Of a DNA stretch of 39,909 bases, positions 16,830 to 25,152 are shown piece by piece. Position numbers and translations under genes: made by a program. The first letter of the stretch is position 1, and every line of letters starts with the position of its first letter. The notes beneath the pieces were generated by a model. The model did not search any database. It was not told where the DNA came from and saw nothing but the letters and a program-made list of their open reading frames with translations. This DNA is from a virus (Duplodnaviria; Heunggongvirae; Uroviricota; Caudoviricetes). The DNA is taken from IMG/VR virus record IMGVR_UViG_2706794690_000014; one strand, given 5' to 3'.

Positions 16830-18144
16830 TTTAGGTTATGCCGCCACGCTTCCCTCAAAAGAGACGGTGGCATACTTCCGCGCCAAAGGGGCGCATATCA
16901 GCTGGAACTGGTTCGAAACAGACGCGGATGTTCATGCCCGCTCATTCACGGCAGCAAAAACGGCACGGCTGGATGTGGTAACCACATTACAGGCCGAAGT
17001 GCAGCGGGCCATTGATGAGGGGATTTCACAGAAAGAATTTATCCGCACACTGACGCCACGCCTGCAAAAGCTGGGATGGTGGGGAAAGCAGATTGTGGTG
17101 GACAGCGACGGTAACGCGGAAGAAGTGCAGCAGGGCAGTCCCCGTCGTCTGGCGCTGATTTACAACGTGAACACCCGTGTGGCTTACAATGCCGGGCGTT
17201 ACACGCAGATGATGAACAACACGGACACGCATCCGTTCTGGCAGTATGTGGCGGTCATGGACAGCCGTACCCGCCCGTCGCATTCCGCCCTTAACGGTCT
17301 GGTATTCCGCTATGACGATCCGTTCTGGAAAACACACTACCCGCCCAATGGCTGGAACTGCCGCTGCCGTGTGCGGCCATTGTCTCAGGCCCGTCTGGAT
17401 GCAATGGGGTTATCCGTTTCATCCGGTGAGGATCATCTCTCCACCCGCAATGTTGAGGCTGGCGTGGATAAACAGACCGGAGAAGTCAGAGAAATGCCGG
17501 TGACCACATATTCAGATGGCGCCAGAACCATGACACCGGATGTGGGCTGGTCATATAACCCCGGCTCGGCAGCGTTCGGCACAGACCAGGCGCTGATCCG
17601 CAAACTGATCGAGGTGAAAAGCCCGGCGTTACGGGAAATGGTGGTTCAGGAGATGAACAACAGCCCGGAGCGGCAGCTGGCGTTCCGCATCTGGGCAAAA
17701 AACATCATGCAGACCCGGCGAGGTGGTAACGATATCCGCACGCTGGGCTTTATGACTGAAAGCATTGCGCAGGCAGTGGAAAGCCGGACGGGAACGCCAC
17801 CGGCCCGCCTGCTGGCGATGAGCGGTAAAAATGTGCTCCATGCGGACAGTGTGAAACATCAGAATGACGGCATCGCTCTGACGCCGGAGGACTTCGGGCG
17901 CTTACCGGCAATGCTGGCAAGGCCAAAAGCGGTACTGTGGGACAAACGGCACAACAATCTGATGTATATCGTGGAAAATCAGGATGGCAGTGTGCAGATT
18001 GCCGTTAATGCACCGTACAGTCTGAAACGTCAGCCCGACAAACTGGATGTGATTGTGAATGCTTACCGGGTTATCAATATGGATAAGCTGAAATCGGATA
18101 TCCGGGGCGGAATGCTTGAGGTGCTGGAAGGACAAATTGATTAA
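16813..18144 (+). CDS. Head morphogenesis protein (Mu F / gp30-like)
   Basis: Conserved core DSRTRPSHSALNG...NGWNCRCRV typical of the phage Mu F family. Confidence 0.8.
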   Translation: MAQGIDLGYAATLPSKETVAYFRAKGAHISWNWFETDADVHARSFTAAKTARLDVVTTLQAEVQRAIDEGISQKEFIRTLTPRLQKLGWWGKQIVVDSDGNAEEVQQGSPRRLALIYNVNTRVAYNAGRYTQMMNNTDTHPFWQYVAVMDSRTRPSHSALNGLVFRYDDPFWKTHYPPNGWNCRCRVRPLSQARLDAMGLSVSSGEDHLSTRNVEAGVDKQTGEVREMPVTTYSDGARTMTPDVGWSYNPGSAAFGTDQALIRKLIEVKSPALREMVVQEMNNSPERQLAFRIWAKNIMQTRRGGNDIRTLGFMTESIAQAVESRTGTPPARLLAMSGKNVLHADSVKHQNDGIALTPEDFGRLPAMLARPKAVLWDKRHNNLMYIVENQDGSVQIAVNAPYSLKRQPDKLDVIVNAYRVINMDKLKSDIRGGMLEVLEGQID

Positions 18145-18145
18145 C

Positions 18146-18225
18146 GGTCAGTGGCGGGGGTCGAACCCGCATACATGATCCACCCGGAGGCAGGCACCGA
18201 CTTTACCAGTTAAGCGTACACTGAC
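18146..18225 (-). ncRNA. tRNA-like element (possible degenerate tRNA)
   Basis: On the minus strand: 7-bp acceptor stem, U8, D-loop-like TAACTGGTAA, and a perfect T-arm (GCGGG-TTCGACC-CCCGC). No convincing anticodon stem could be folded by eye. Confidence 0.25.
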
Positions 18226-18265
18226 CGCCTGTTTATTTTATATTCATCCTTTATGCGGAGGCAAT

Positions 18266-18739
18266 ATGTCATCCATTGATGCAGCTGTCGTTGTTGACGT
18301 TACGCGTCTCCAGCGAGTGTTTGCCCGGCTTCAGTTTGTGGGCGGCGGAAAAGACCTGGCCCGCAGTGTGGCGGCGAGTCTTCTGTCATCGTCAGAAATG
18401 GCGTTTGAGCAGGAAAAAGAGCCGGATGGTGAACGCTGGCATGACTGGTCAGATCCTTACCGTGAGTGGCGTACCCGTAAGGGATACACGCCCGGCAAAA
18501 TCCTGACGCTGAACGGCGATCTGGCCCGCCGCCTGACCACGGATTATGGCGATACCTGGGCGCTGATTGGATCAAATGAACCTTATGCAGCCATTCATCA
18601 GTGGGGTGGCCTGCCTGGTATGCCACCGGGACCGGCGGCCATTGGCGCACGTCCGTATATGGGCTTTGATCAGGTGGCAGAACAGGAGATCATGGACGAA
18701 ATCAGAAAACGCTTTAAAAAGGCCACAGAAACGCCGTAA
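18266..18739 (+). CDS. Virion morphogenesis protein (Mu G-like)
   Basis: 157-aa ORF between the F-like and I-like genes. Confidence 0.7.
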   Translation: MSSIDAAVVVDVTRLQRVFARLQFVGGGKDLARSVAASLLSSSEMAFEQEKEPDGERWHDWSDPYREWRTRKGYTPGKILTLNGDLARRLTTDYGDTWALIGSNEPYAAIHQWGGLPGMPPGPAAIGARPYMGFDQVAEQEIMDEIRKRFKKATETP

Positions 18740-18916
18740 TGGTTTAAGGTATGCAAACGTATTACCTTACCCCCTTCAGGCGCGTGTCGTGATTTTCTAA
18801 CCTGTATTTAACGGGCTTTAAAATCTGCGTGAAGCGCCTTTCTCATTCCCCCCCTGTCAGCACTTTCTGAAGTCCCGCAAAACCAGCCCCAAAAATACCC
18901 GGCTTATGCTGCCGGT

Positions 18917-20050
18917 ATGAAGACAGAAAATCACCCAAAAGACGCAAATCGCCCCTCCGGTTTAGCCGTGCTTTCAGCTTCGCTGACTGCATCCGGCGAC
19001 GGATGGTGTCAGTTACTGCCAGCCGGTCGGGTAAAGGCCCGTGACGGTCGCCCGGAAAAACCGACTGAAGGCTGGCTGATTAACGAATCCGCCTGTAACC
19101 GGATGAAAGCCGGGCTTTCCGCCCTGCATCAGCCGTTACTGATTGATTATGACCATCACTCCGTGAATGCGCAGAAAAACGGATTCAAGGCTATTGCTGC
19201 AGGATGGGTTAAGCCGGAAAACATCGAATGGCGTGAGGGTCAGGGGATTTTCATTAAACCTGAATGGACACCACAGGCACAAAAACATATTGATGACCGT
19301 GAATATGCCTATCTGTCTGCATATATGCATTATTTCGCTGACACCGGGGAACCCTACCTGTTGCGCATGGCTTCCCTGACGAATGATCCGGGTATTACGG
19401 GTATGAACCCTGTCGCGGCACTCAGTGCTGATGATCTCTATGTCGTTTCCCCTTCTCAGGAGCAATCCCCCATGAATGAGCAATTACGCCAGTTGCTGAC
19501 GGCGCTCGGTCTGACCGTGGCTGACGGTGACGAATTTACACCGGAACTGGGCACGGCGGCGCTGTCTGCCCTTACCGGGATCAAAACCCGTGCGGATGCG
19601 CACGACACCCTGAAAACGCAGGTTGCCAGCCTGTCGGCAGAACTGGAAACCGCAAAAGGCACACCAACTGGCGGCACTATTGATCTGACGAAATATGTGC
19701 CCGTTGAGACGTATAACGCCCTGCGTACCGAATATGCCGCGCTGTCGGCACAACACGGCAGCACCACGCTGGAGCAGTTGCTGGATAAGGCCGAGTCCGA
19801 AGGACGCATTTTCAAAAGCGAACGCGGATACATGGAAGGACTCGGACAACAGATTGGCGTCGCGGCACTTTCTGCACAGCTTGACGCCCGCCAGCCGGTT
19901 GCGGCTCTGACCACTCTTCAGACCGACACCGTAACCGTGCCGGATAAAAAGACCGCCACCGCTGTGCTGTCGGCTGAAGATATCGCCGCCGCACGTCTGT
20001 TGGGTAAAACCGAAGCCGAGTTCCTGAAAATGAAAGAGGAAATGCAATAA
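18917..20050 (+). CDS. Head maturation protease / scaffold (Mu I-like)
   Basis: 377-aa ORF immediately upstream of the major head gene; Ala-rich helical C-terminal half consistent with a scaffold domain. Confidence 0.75.
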   Translation: MKTENHPKDANRPSGLAVLSASLTASGDGWCQLLPAGRVKARDGRPEKPTEGWLINESACNRMKAGLSALHQPLLIDYDHHSVNAQKNGFKAIAAGWVKPENIEWREGQGIFIKPEWTPQAQKHIDDREYAYLSAYMHYFADTGEPYLLRMASLTNDPGITGMNPVAALSADDLYVVSPSQEQSPMNEQLRQLLTALGLTVADGDEFTPELGTAALSALTGIKTRADAHDTLKTQVASLSAELETAKGTPTGGTIDLTKYVPVETYNALRTEYAALSAQHGSTTLEQLLDKAESEGRIFKSERGYMEGLGQQIGVAALSAQLDARQPVAALTTLQTDTVTVPDKKTATAVLSAEDIAAARLLGKTEAEFLKMKEEMQ

Positions 20051-20997
20051 TGCCTACCCCGATTACACCGGCGATGATCACCGCCCTGATGACGGGCTAC
20101 CGTTCTGATTTTCAGGCCGGGATGTCCATGGCTCCGTCGCAGTACCAGAAAATTGCGATGACCGTGCCGTCCACCTCGAAATCCAACACCTACGGCTGGC
20201 TGGGGCAGTTCCCGCAGTTCCGTGAGTGGATCGGCTCCCGCGTCATCGAGAAGATGAAAGCCTATGGCTACGCCATCGTGAACAAAACCTTTGAAGGCAC
20301 CGTTGCCATTAGCCGCGATGACTTTGAAGACGACAATCTCGGCATCTACTCCCCGTTATTCCAGGAAATGGGTCGTGCCGCTGCGGCACAACCGGATGAA
20401 CTGGTCTTTGCTGCACTGCGTGATGGTCTGAATGCGGCCTGCTATGACGGCCAGAACTTCTTTGATACCGAACACCCTGTTTACCCCAAAGTGGATGGCT
20501 CCGGTGATGCACAGATGGTCAGCAATATGTTTGTGGCAAAAACCGGCTCTGTCGGTGCACAGGCGGATTACAGCGGCCCGGCCTGGTATCTGCTTGACTG
20601 CTCCCGCGCGGTAAAACCGCTGATTTATCAGGATCGCCGCAAAGCCGAACTGGTTGCCCAGACAAAAGTCGATGAAGGCCGTGCGTTTACTGATAACGAG
20701 TTTGTGTTCGGTGCTTCCGCCCGTCGCAATGTGGGCTACGGCTTCTGGCAGATGGCCTACATGATGCAGTCACCGCTGACGCTGGATGCGCTGTGGCACG
20801 GCTGGTCAGCCATGCGTGACTTTAAGGCTGACGGTGGCCGCAAACTCGGCATCAAACCCACCCATATTGTTGTCCCCACCTCGCTGGAAAAACAGGCGGT
20901 GCAGCTGCTGGAGCGCGAGCTGTTCGCAGACGGTAACGCCACAGTCTCTAACGAGATGAAGGGCAAGCTGGAGCTGGTTGTCGCGGATTATCTGTAA
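20050..20997 (+). CDS. Major head subunit (Mu T-like)
   Basis: 315-aa ORF coupled to the I-like gene by ATAATG overlap. Confidence 0.8.
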   Translation: MPTPITPAMITALMTGYRSDFQAGMSMAPSQYQKIAMTVPSTSKSNTYGWLGQFPQFREWIGSRVIEKMKAYGYAIVNKTFEGTVAISRDDFEDDNLGIYSPLFQEMGRAAAAQPDELVFAALRDGLNAACYDGQNFFDTEHPVYPKVDGSGDAQMVSNMFVAKTGSVGAQADYSGPAWYLLDCSRAVKPLIYQDRRKAELVAQTKVDEGRAFTDNEFVFGASARRNVGYGFWQMAYMMQSPLTLDALWHGWSAMRDFKADGGRKLGIKPTHIVVPTSLEKQAVQLLERELFADGNATVSNEMKGKLELVVADYL

Positions 20998-21040
20998 ACG
21001 GTGAGCCGGGCTTACGGCCCGGCCCCTGCGGAGGGCAAAT

Positions 21041-21400
21041 ATGAATGAACATCACACTGTGGCAGCAACAGATGATTCAGGCCTTCAGGTCAGTGGTGAC
21101 AGTCCTGTCACGGTACTGGCAGAAGTGCGTTGCAGTCGTACGCATTTTCGTCGTGCGGGGTTCCTGTTCATGCGGGGACGCCAGCAGGTTGACGTCACCC
21201 CGGAGCAGCTTGCCCGACTGGAAGCGGAGCCATGCCTCACTGTACGAATACTACAGACGCCTGGTGATGATGCGGGAGCCGTGGCGGGTGTGGTTCATGC
21301 AGAGACCGGTGCAGATTTAGCCGAAGCCGAAACCGTACAGGATGCTCCCCGGAAAAAGACCGGCAATAACGCCAGACAGGCGAAAAAGGCGCGCGCATGA
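21041..21400 (+). CDS. Hypothetical head-associated protein
   Basis: 119-aa ORF coupled to the next gene by ATGA overlap; preferred over the alternative-frame ORF 21045-21320. Confidence 0.5.
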   Translation: MNEHHTVAATDDSGLQVSGDSPVTVLAEVRCSRTHFRRAGFLFMRGRQQVDVTPEQLARLEAEPCLTVRILQTPGDDAGAVAGVVHAETGADLAEAETVQDAPRKKTGNNARQAKKARA

Positions 21401-21816
21401 ATTACGCCACCGAAACCGATATGCGGGCACGTTACCGCGAGGATTTGCTCAGGCCATTACTGGCCGTGCCCCGTTCGGATGAACCGGACACGCGCAAGCT
21501 GAACCGGGCACTGACGGACGCGTCTGCCCTTATCGACAGCTATCTGTCTTCCCGTTACACGCTGCCGCTGGCGGTGGTTCCGGCGGTCCTTGTTCAGCAT
21601 TGCTGCACGATTGCCTTTTATTACCTGTGCGATCAGCGGGCATCCGATCAGGCGCGTGACCGTTACCGTGAGGCGCTGGCCTGGCTGAAAGATGTCATGA
21701 ACGGTAACGTGCCGGTCGGCGTGGATACAGACGGTGCGGCCCCTGAATCCGGGGATTTACCGCAGGTGCAGTCTGATGCGGCGGTGTTCGGGCGCAACCA
21801 GAAGGGCTTTATATGA
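21397..21816 (+). CDS. Head-tail joining protein (Mu gp36-like)
   Basis: 139-aa ORF between head and tail modules; assigned from recalled Mu gene order. Confidence 0.6.
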   Translation: MNYATETDMRARYREDLLRPLLAVPRSDEPDTRKLNRALTDASALIDSYLSSRYTLPLAVVPAVLVQHCCTIAFYYLCDQRASDQARDRYREALAWLKDVMNGNVPVGVDTDGAAPESGDLPQVQSDAAVFGRNQKGFI

Positions 21817-22376
21817 TTACGGAAACCGAGCAGGCGTACATCGCCCGTATCCGTGAGTATTTCGGGAATGAACTGGTGTCTGTTGACACACATCCCGGCG
21901 ACTGGAGCGACAGCGTACTGCGCACCATGCTGATTAACGCCCCGGCTATCTATGTTGCCTGGCTGGGTGCCGGTGAAGGGCGTACCCGTGGGCGTCTGGT
22001 CAGTCACTGGGTGTTCTACGTCATCGGCGACATGCTCAATGGCCGTGAGGTCAGCCGTCCCGGGCTTTATCAGATTGTGGCCCGCCTGATTACCGTGCTG
22101 GACGGCTTCAGAGCAGAAAAAACCTCACCGCTTTACTTTGAAAAGGCGGTCAACGGTTACACCGAAACGCAGGCAGGCAGCGGTGCCGTGATGTACGCCC
22201 TGTATTTCTCATGCGAGGAAATGATCGACCCGCTGACGGATATCAGCTCGCTGGATGATTTCCTGCGCCATTACGAAACCTTTACCGAACCGGAAGGCAC
22301 GCCGGAATTTAAGGCACACATCCGTCTGCCTGGTGCAACTGCCGCCGGTGAAAACGCCGGACTGTCAGAGGAATAA
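21813..22376 (+). CDS. Mu gp37-like virion protein
   Basis: 187-aa ORF coupled to the upstream gene; position as in Mu. Confidence 0.6.
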   Translation: MITETEQAYIARIREYFGNELVSVDTHPGDWSDSVLRTMLINAPAIYVAWLGAGEGRTRGRLVSHWVFYVIGDMLNGREVSRPGLYQIVARLITVLDGFRAEKTSPLYFEKAVNGYTETQAGSGAVMYALYFSCEEMIDPLTDISSLDDFLRHYETFTEPEGTPEFKAHIRLPGATAAGENAGLSEE

Positions 22377-22379
22377 CAG

Positions 22380-22658
22380 ATGACAACCATTTTTATTAAA
22401 CCTGCGCCGGGATGCCTGATCCGCGATCCCGACACGATGACTCCGCTCTCTCAGGACGGGGAAGAGAAACCCTTCACTCCGTTCTGGTGCCGCCGTCTTA
22501 ATGATGGCGACGTCATTGTGGTGGATAAAACGGCGGAGCCTGCCCCGGCTGCCACAACTGCTAATACCGGCGCGGCGGCAAAACCAGCGGGAGCGGTAGC
22601 AGAAAAAACTGCGGCGGTGGCTGAAAAAACCGCAGCATCAGATAAGGGGACGTCCTGA
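22380..22658 (+). CDS. Mu gp38-like small protein with Ala/Lys-rich C-terminal repeats
   Basis: 92-aa ORF ending in AVAEKTAAVAEKTAA repeats; stop overlaps the sheath start. Confidence 0.55.
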   Translation: MTTIFIKPAPGCLIRDPDTMTPLSQDGEEKPFTPFWCRRLNDGDVIVVDKTAEPAPAATTANTGAAAKPAGAVAEKTAAVAEKTAASDKGTS

Positions 22659-24160
22659 TGATTAACTTTGATTATATCGGCGATAACAATCGCATTCCGC
22701 TGGTACAGATTGAAATCAATAATTCAATGGCCGTGACCGGCACTCCACCACAGCGTCAGGCGGTACTGTTGTTTGGTCAGGCTGCAATGAAAGACACTAC
22801 CATTCAGGGGCGCGGTCAGCTTGATGTACCAGTACGTATTACCCGAGCTTCACAAGCAAGAGAACTCTGGGGGCGAGGTTCCATGATTGCACTGATGGTA
22901 GAGGAATTTATCGCCATTAACCCTGACACAGAGTTATATGCCATTGCACAGGGGGCTGGAACAGGTCAGTCCAGGGCATGCGTGATGAATATCATTGGAA
23001 CAGCATTGGCAGACGGGGTGTTAAGTGTTTACATCGGCGGTCGCCGTTACCTCCTGCCCGTCAGTAAGGGGAAAAAAGGTAAAGAGCTTGTGGAAGAGCT
23101 GGCTAAGGTCATTAACGCTGACACTGATGCGCCATTCACTGCTATCGCAGCTGAAGTCAGTGGTGATAATGCTGAAGGACTTAAAGGCAGCATGGGGGTT
23201 AACGCCCGCTTTATCGGTGAATGCTCAGCTCATGATTTACGGGTGAACTATTATGACGGTGAAACTACACCGGCCGGTCTTACGCTGGAGCTCGTCGCGC
23301 CAACACAGAAGGCAACAAACCCCGATATCACCCGTAGCGTCTCAGGGATGGGGAATCGTCAGTACAACTACATCGTCATGCCCTATAAGGATGCGGCAAA
23401 TCTCAAAATTCTGGCGGATGAACTGCTGAAACGCTGGGGACCGGTAAAAATGTCGGACGGTATGGTCTGGATGGCGCATACCGGCACCTTCGGTACGGCA
23501 ACCAGTTTTGGTGAATCCCGTAATGACTTCCTGTTTACCTGCACTTCTATTCCTAAAGCACCAGAGCCGGATTATGTCTGGGCTGCCTCCATTTGTGCGG
23601 TCTGTGCGCCCTCCCTGTCAACGGATCCGGCCCGACCATTACAGACACTGGCGCTGCCTGCCCGTATGGCACCTGAAGCACCGGATCGTCTGACGCGGGA
23701 AGAGCGAAACAGCCTGCTTTATACCGGCATGTCCACGGTGACCGTCGCGGCCGCGGATGTGGTGCAGATTGAACGTCAGGTGACGATGTACCGTCAGAAT
23801 GCATACGGCGAAATCGATCCCAGCTATCTGGATGTGGAAACCATCTACACCCTGTCATATCTGCGTTATTCCCTGCGCACCTTTATCACGCAGCGTTTTC
23901 CGCGCCATAAACTGGCTGATGACGGGACGCCCGTTCGTGCCGGTCAGAATATCGTGACACCGGAGATCATGAAACTTCAGTTAATTTCGCTGGGGGAAGA
24001 ATGGGTGGATCTGGGACTGGTCGAAAATCTGGACACCTTTAAAAAGAATCTGCTCGTGGAGCGCAACACAAAAGACCGTAACCGTCTGGATGTGATGTGT
24101 ACACCGGATCTGGTTAACCAGTTCCGCTTCATGGCCGCGCAGATCCGTTTCATTTTGTGA
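22658..24160 (+). CDS. Tail sheath protein (Mu L-like)
   Basis: 500-aa ORF directly upstream of the tail tube gene. Confidence 0.85.
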   Translation: MINFDYIGDNNRIPLVQIEINNSMAVTGTPPQRQAVLLFGQAAMKDTTIQGRGQLDVPVRITRASQARELWGRGSMIALMVEEFIAINPDTELYAIAQGAGTGQSRACVMNIIGTALADGVLSVYIGGRRYLLPVSKGKKGKELVEELAKVINADTDAPFTAIAAEVSGDNAEGLKGSMGVNARFIGECSAHDLRVNYYDGETTPAGLTLELVAPTQKATNPDITRSVSGMGNRQYNYIVMPYKDAANLKILADELLKRWGPVKMSDGMVWMAHTGTFGTATSFGESRNDFLFTCTSIPKAPEPDYVWAASICAVCAPSLSTDPARPLQTLALPARMAPEAPDRLTREERNSLLYTGMSTVTVAAADVVQIERQVTMYRQNAYGEIDPSYLDVETIYTLSYLRYSLRTFITQRFPRHKLADDGTPVRAGQNIVTPEIMKLQLISLGEEWVDLGLVENLDTFKKNLLVERNTKDRNRLDVMCTPDLVNQFRFMAAQIRFIL

Positions 24161-24168
24161 GGTAAGGC

Positions 24169-24534
24169 ATGAGCGGAAAACAGTATCAGGGCACGGCCAC
24201 CATCCGTGTGAACGGGCAGGAGTACGACACCCTTGAGGGGGCCACGTTCTCCCCGTCCGGCTTTGAGCGTGAAGTGGTGAAAGGCGCGAAAGTTTACGGC
24301 TATCGCGAGAAACCCCGTGAGGCGACGCTGGACTGTAAATTCCCGGCGGGCGGAGAAGGTTCACCGGCTGCCGATGAAATCAACACCTGGACTGCGGTCA
24401 CGATTGAGTTCGTGGCCGATACCGGTGAAGTCCACATGATGACGAAGGCCTGGAGCAGTGAACCGGCCTCGCTTGACGGTGGTGGTGATATCTCCGCGAA
24501 GTTCGCCAGCGCCACCAGTACCCGTGTCCAGTAA
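24169..24534 (+). CDS. Tail tube protein (Mu M-like)
   Basis: 121-aa ORF following the sheath gene. Confidence 0.8.
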   Translation: MSGKQYQGTATIRVNGQEYDTLEGATFSPSGFEREVVKGAKVYGYREKPREATLDCKFPAGGEGSPAADEINTWTAVTIEFVADTGEVHMMTKAWSSEPASLDGGGDISAKFASATSTRVQ

Positions 24535-24548
24535 TCAGGAAAAATGTA

Positions 24549-25025
24549 ATGAGCACACGTAAGAAAAAAACGGCGGTTTCTGACGAGGCCGTGATGGAGG
24601 CTATCCGGGATGCACTTGAAGACGGCGATCCCCGCACCGCCGGGCTGGCTGAACAACTGGCGAACGGCTATGTGGATCTGCTCGACGGTCTGCCGTTCGG
24701 GGAATCCCGTGAATACCGCGTCACCTTCCGCGAACTGACGGCAAAAGACAGCATTGATGCGGAGAGCGAGGCCGAGCGTCTTATGGAAACCCGAAACGGT
24801 CCGGTTCTTGTGGCCTCACCGGCACTGCGCGGCATTGCGCTGCTGCGCCGTCAGATTGCCGCTGTCGGCCAGATTGAGGGGCCATTGTCTCCGCGTCAGA
24901 TAGGACAGCTCAGCGAGCGCGATCTCTCCCGACTGATGGCGGCAGTAAGCCTGCTTGATTCCGCGATGGCCGGAAAGCTGGTCGCTGAACGGGGGCGACC
25001 AGATGCAGTGCCGGGATCAGATTGA
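24549..25025 (+). CDS. Tail assembly chaperone
   Basis: 158-aa acidic ORF between tail tube and tape measure, the conserved chaperone position. Confidence 0.65.
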   Translation: MSTRKKKTAVSDEAVMEAIRDALEDGDPRTAGLAEQLANGYVDLLDGLPFGESREYRVTFRELTAKDSIDAESEAERLMETRNGPVLVASPALRGIALLRRQIAAVGQIEGPLSPRQIGQLSERDLSRLMAAVSLLDSAMAGKLVAERGRPDAVPGSD

Positions 25026-25149
25026 AGAAGCCGCAATTGTGCTGGGGATGGTGACAAAAAGCGGCCCGGAGTGGGCGCTTAACCTCCCCTTATCGCAGCT
25101 TTACCGGCACTGCCGACAGACCGAAAAAATTCTCAGAACGAAGCAGTAA
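24955..25149 (+). CDS. Candidate frameshift extension of the tail chaperone (or small overlapping gene)
   Basis: An ORF in the +1 coordinate frame overlaps the chaperone's last ~70 nt and fills the gap up to the tape-measure start (25153). An in-frame ATG at 25003 could alternatively start a 48-aa protein. Confidence 0.35.
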   Translation: MIPRWPESWSLNGGDQMQCRDQIEEAAIVLGMVTKSGPEWALNLPLSQLYRHCRQTEKILRTKQ

Positions 25150-25152
25150 CCC

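Noticed and set aside
18146-18225. tRNA-like element as a site-specific integration (att) site
   Set aside because: The element is internal to the prophage and there is no tyrosine integrase; this phage has transposition machinery, so an att role is unlikely.
21045-21320. Alternative-frame ORF overlapping 21041-21400
   Set aside because: The 21041 frame is translationally coupled to the next gene and has more protein-like composition; the alternative is likely a frame artefact.
22560-22650. Short tandem repeat at the 3' end of the gp38-like gene
   Set aside because: It is an in-frame AVAEKTAA protein repeat, not a CRISPR array or non-coding satellite.
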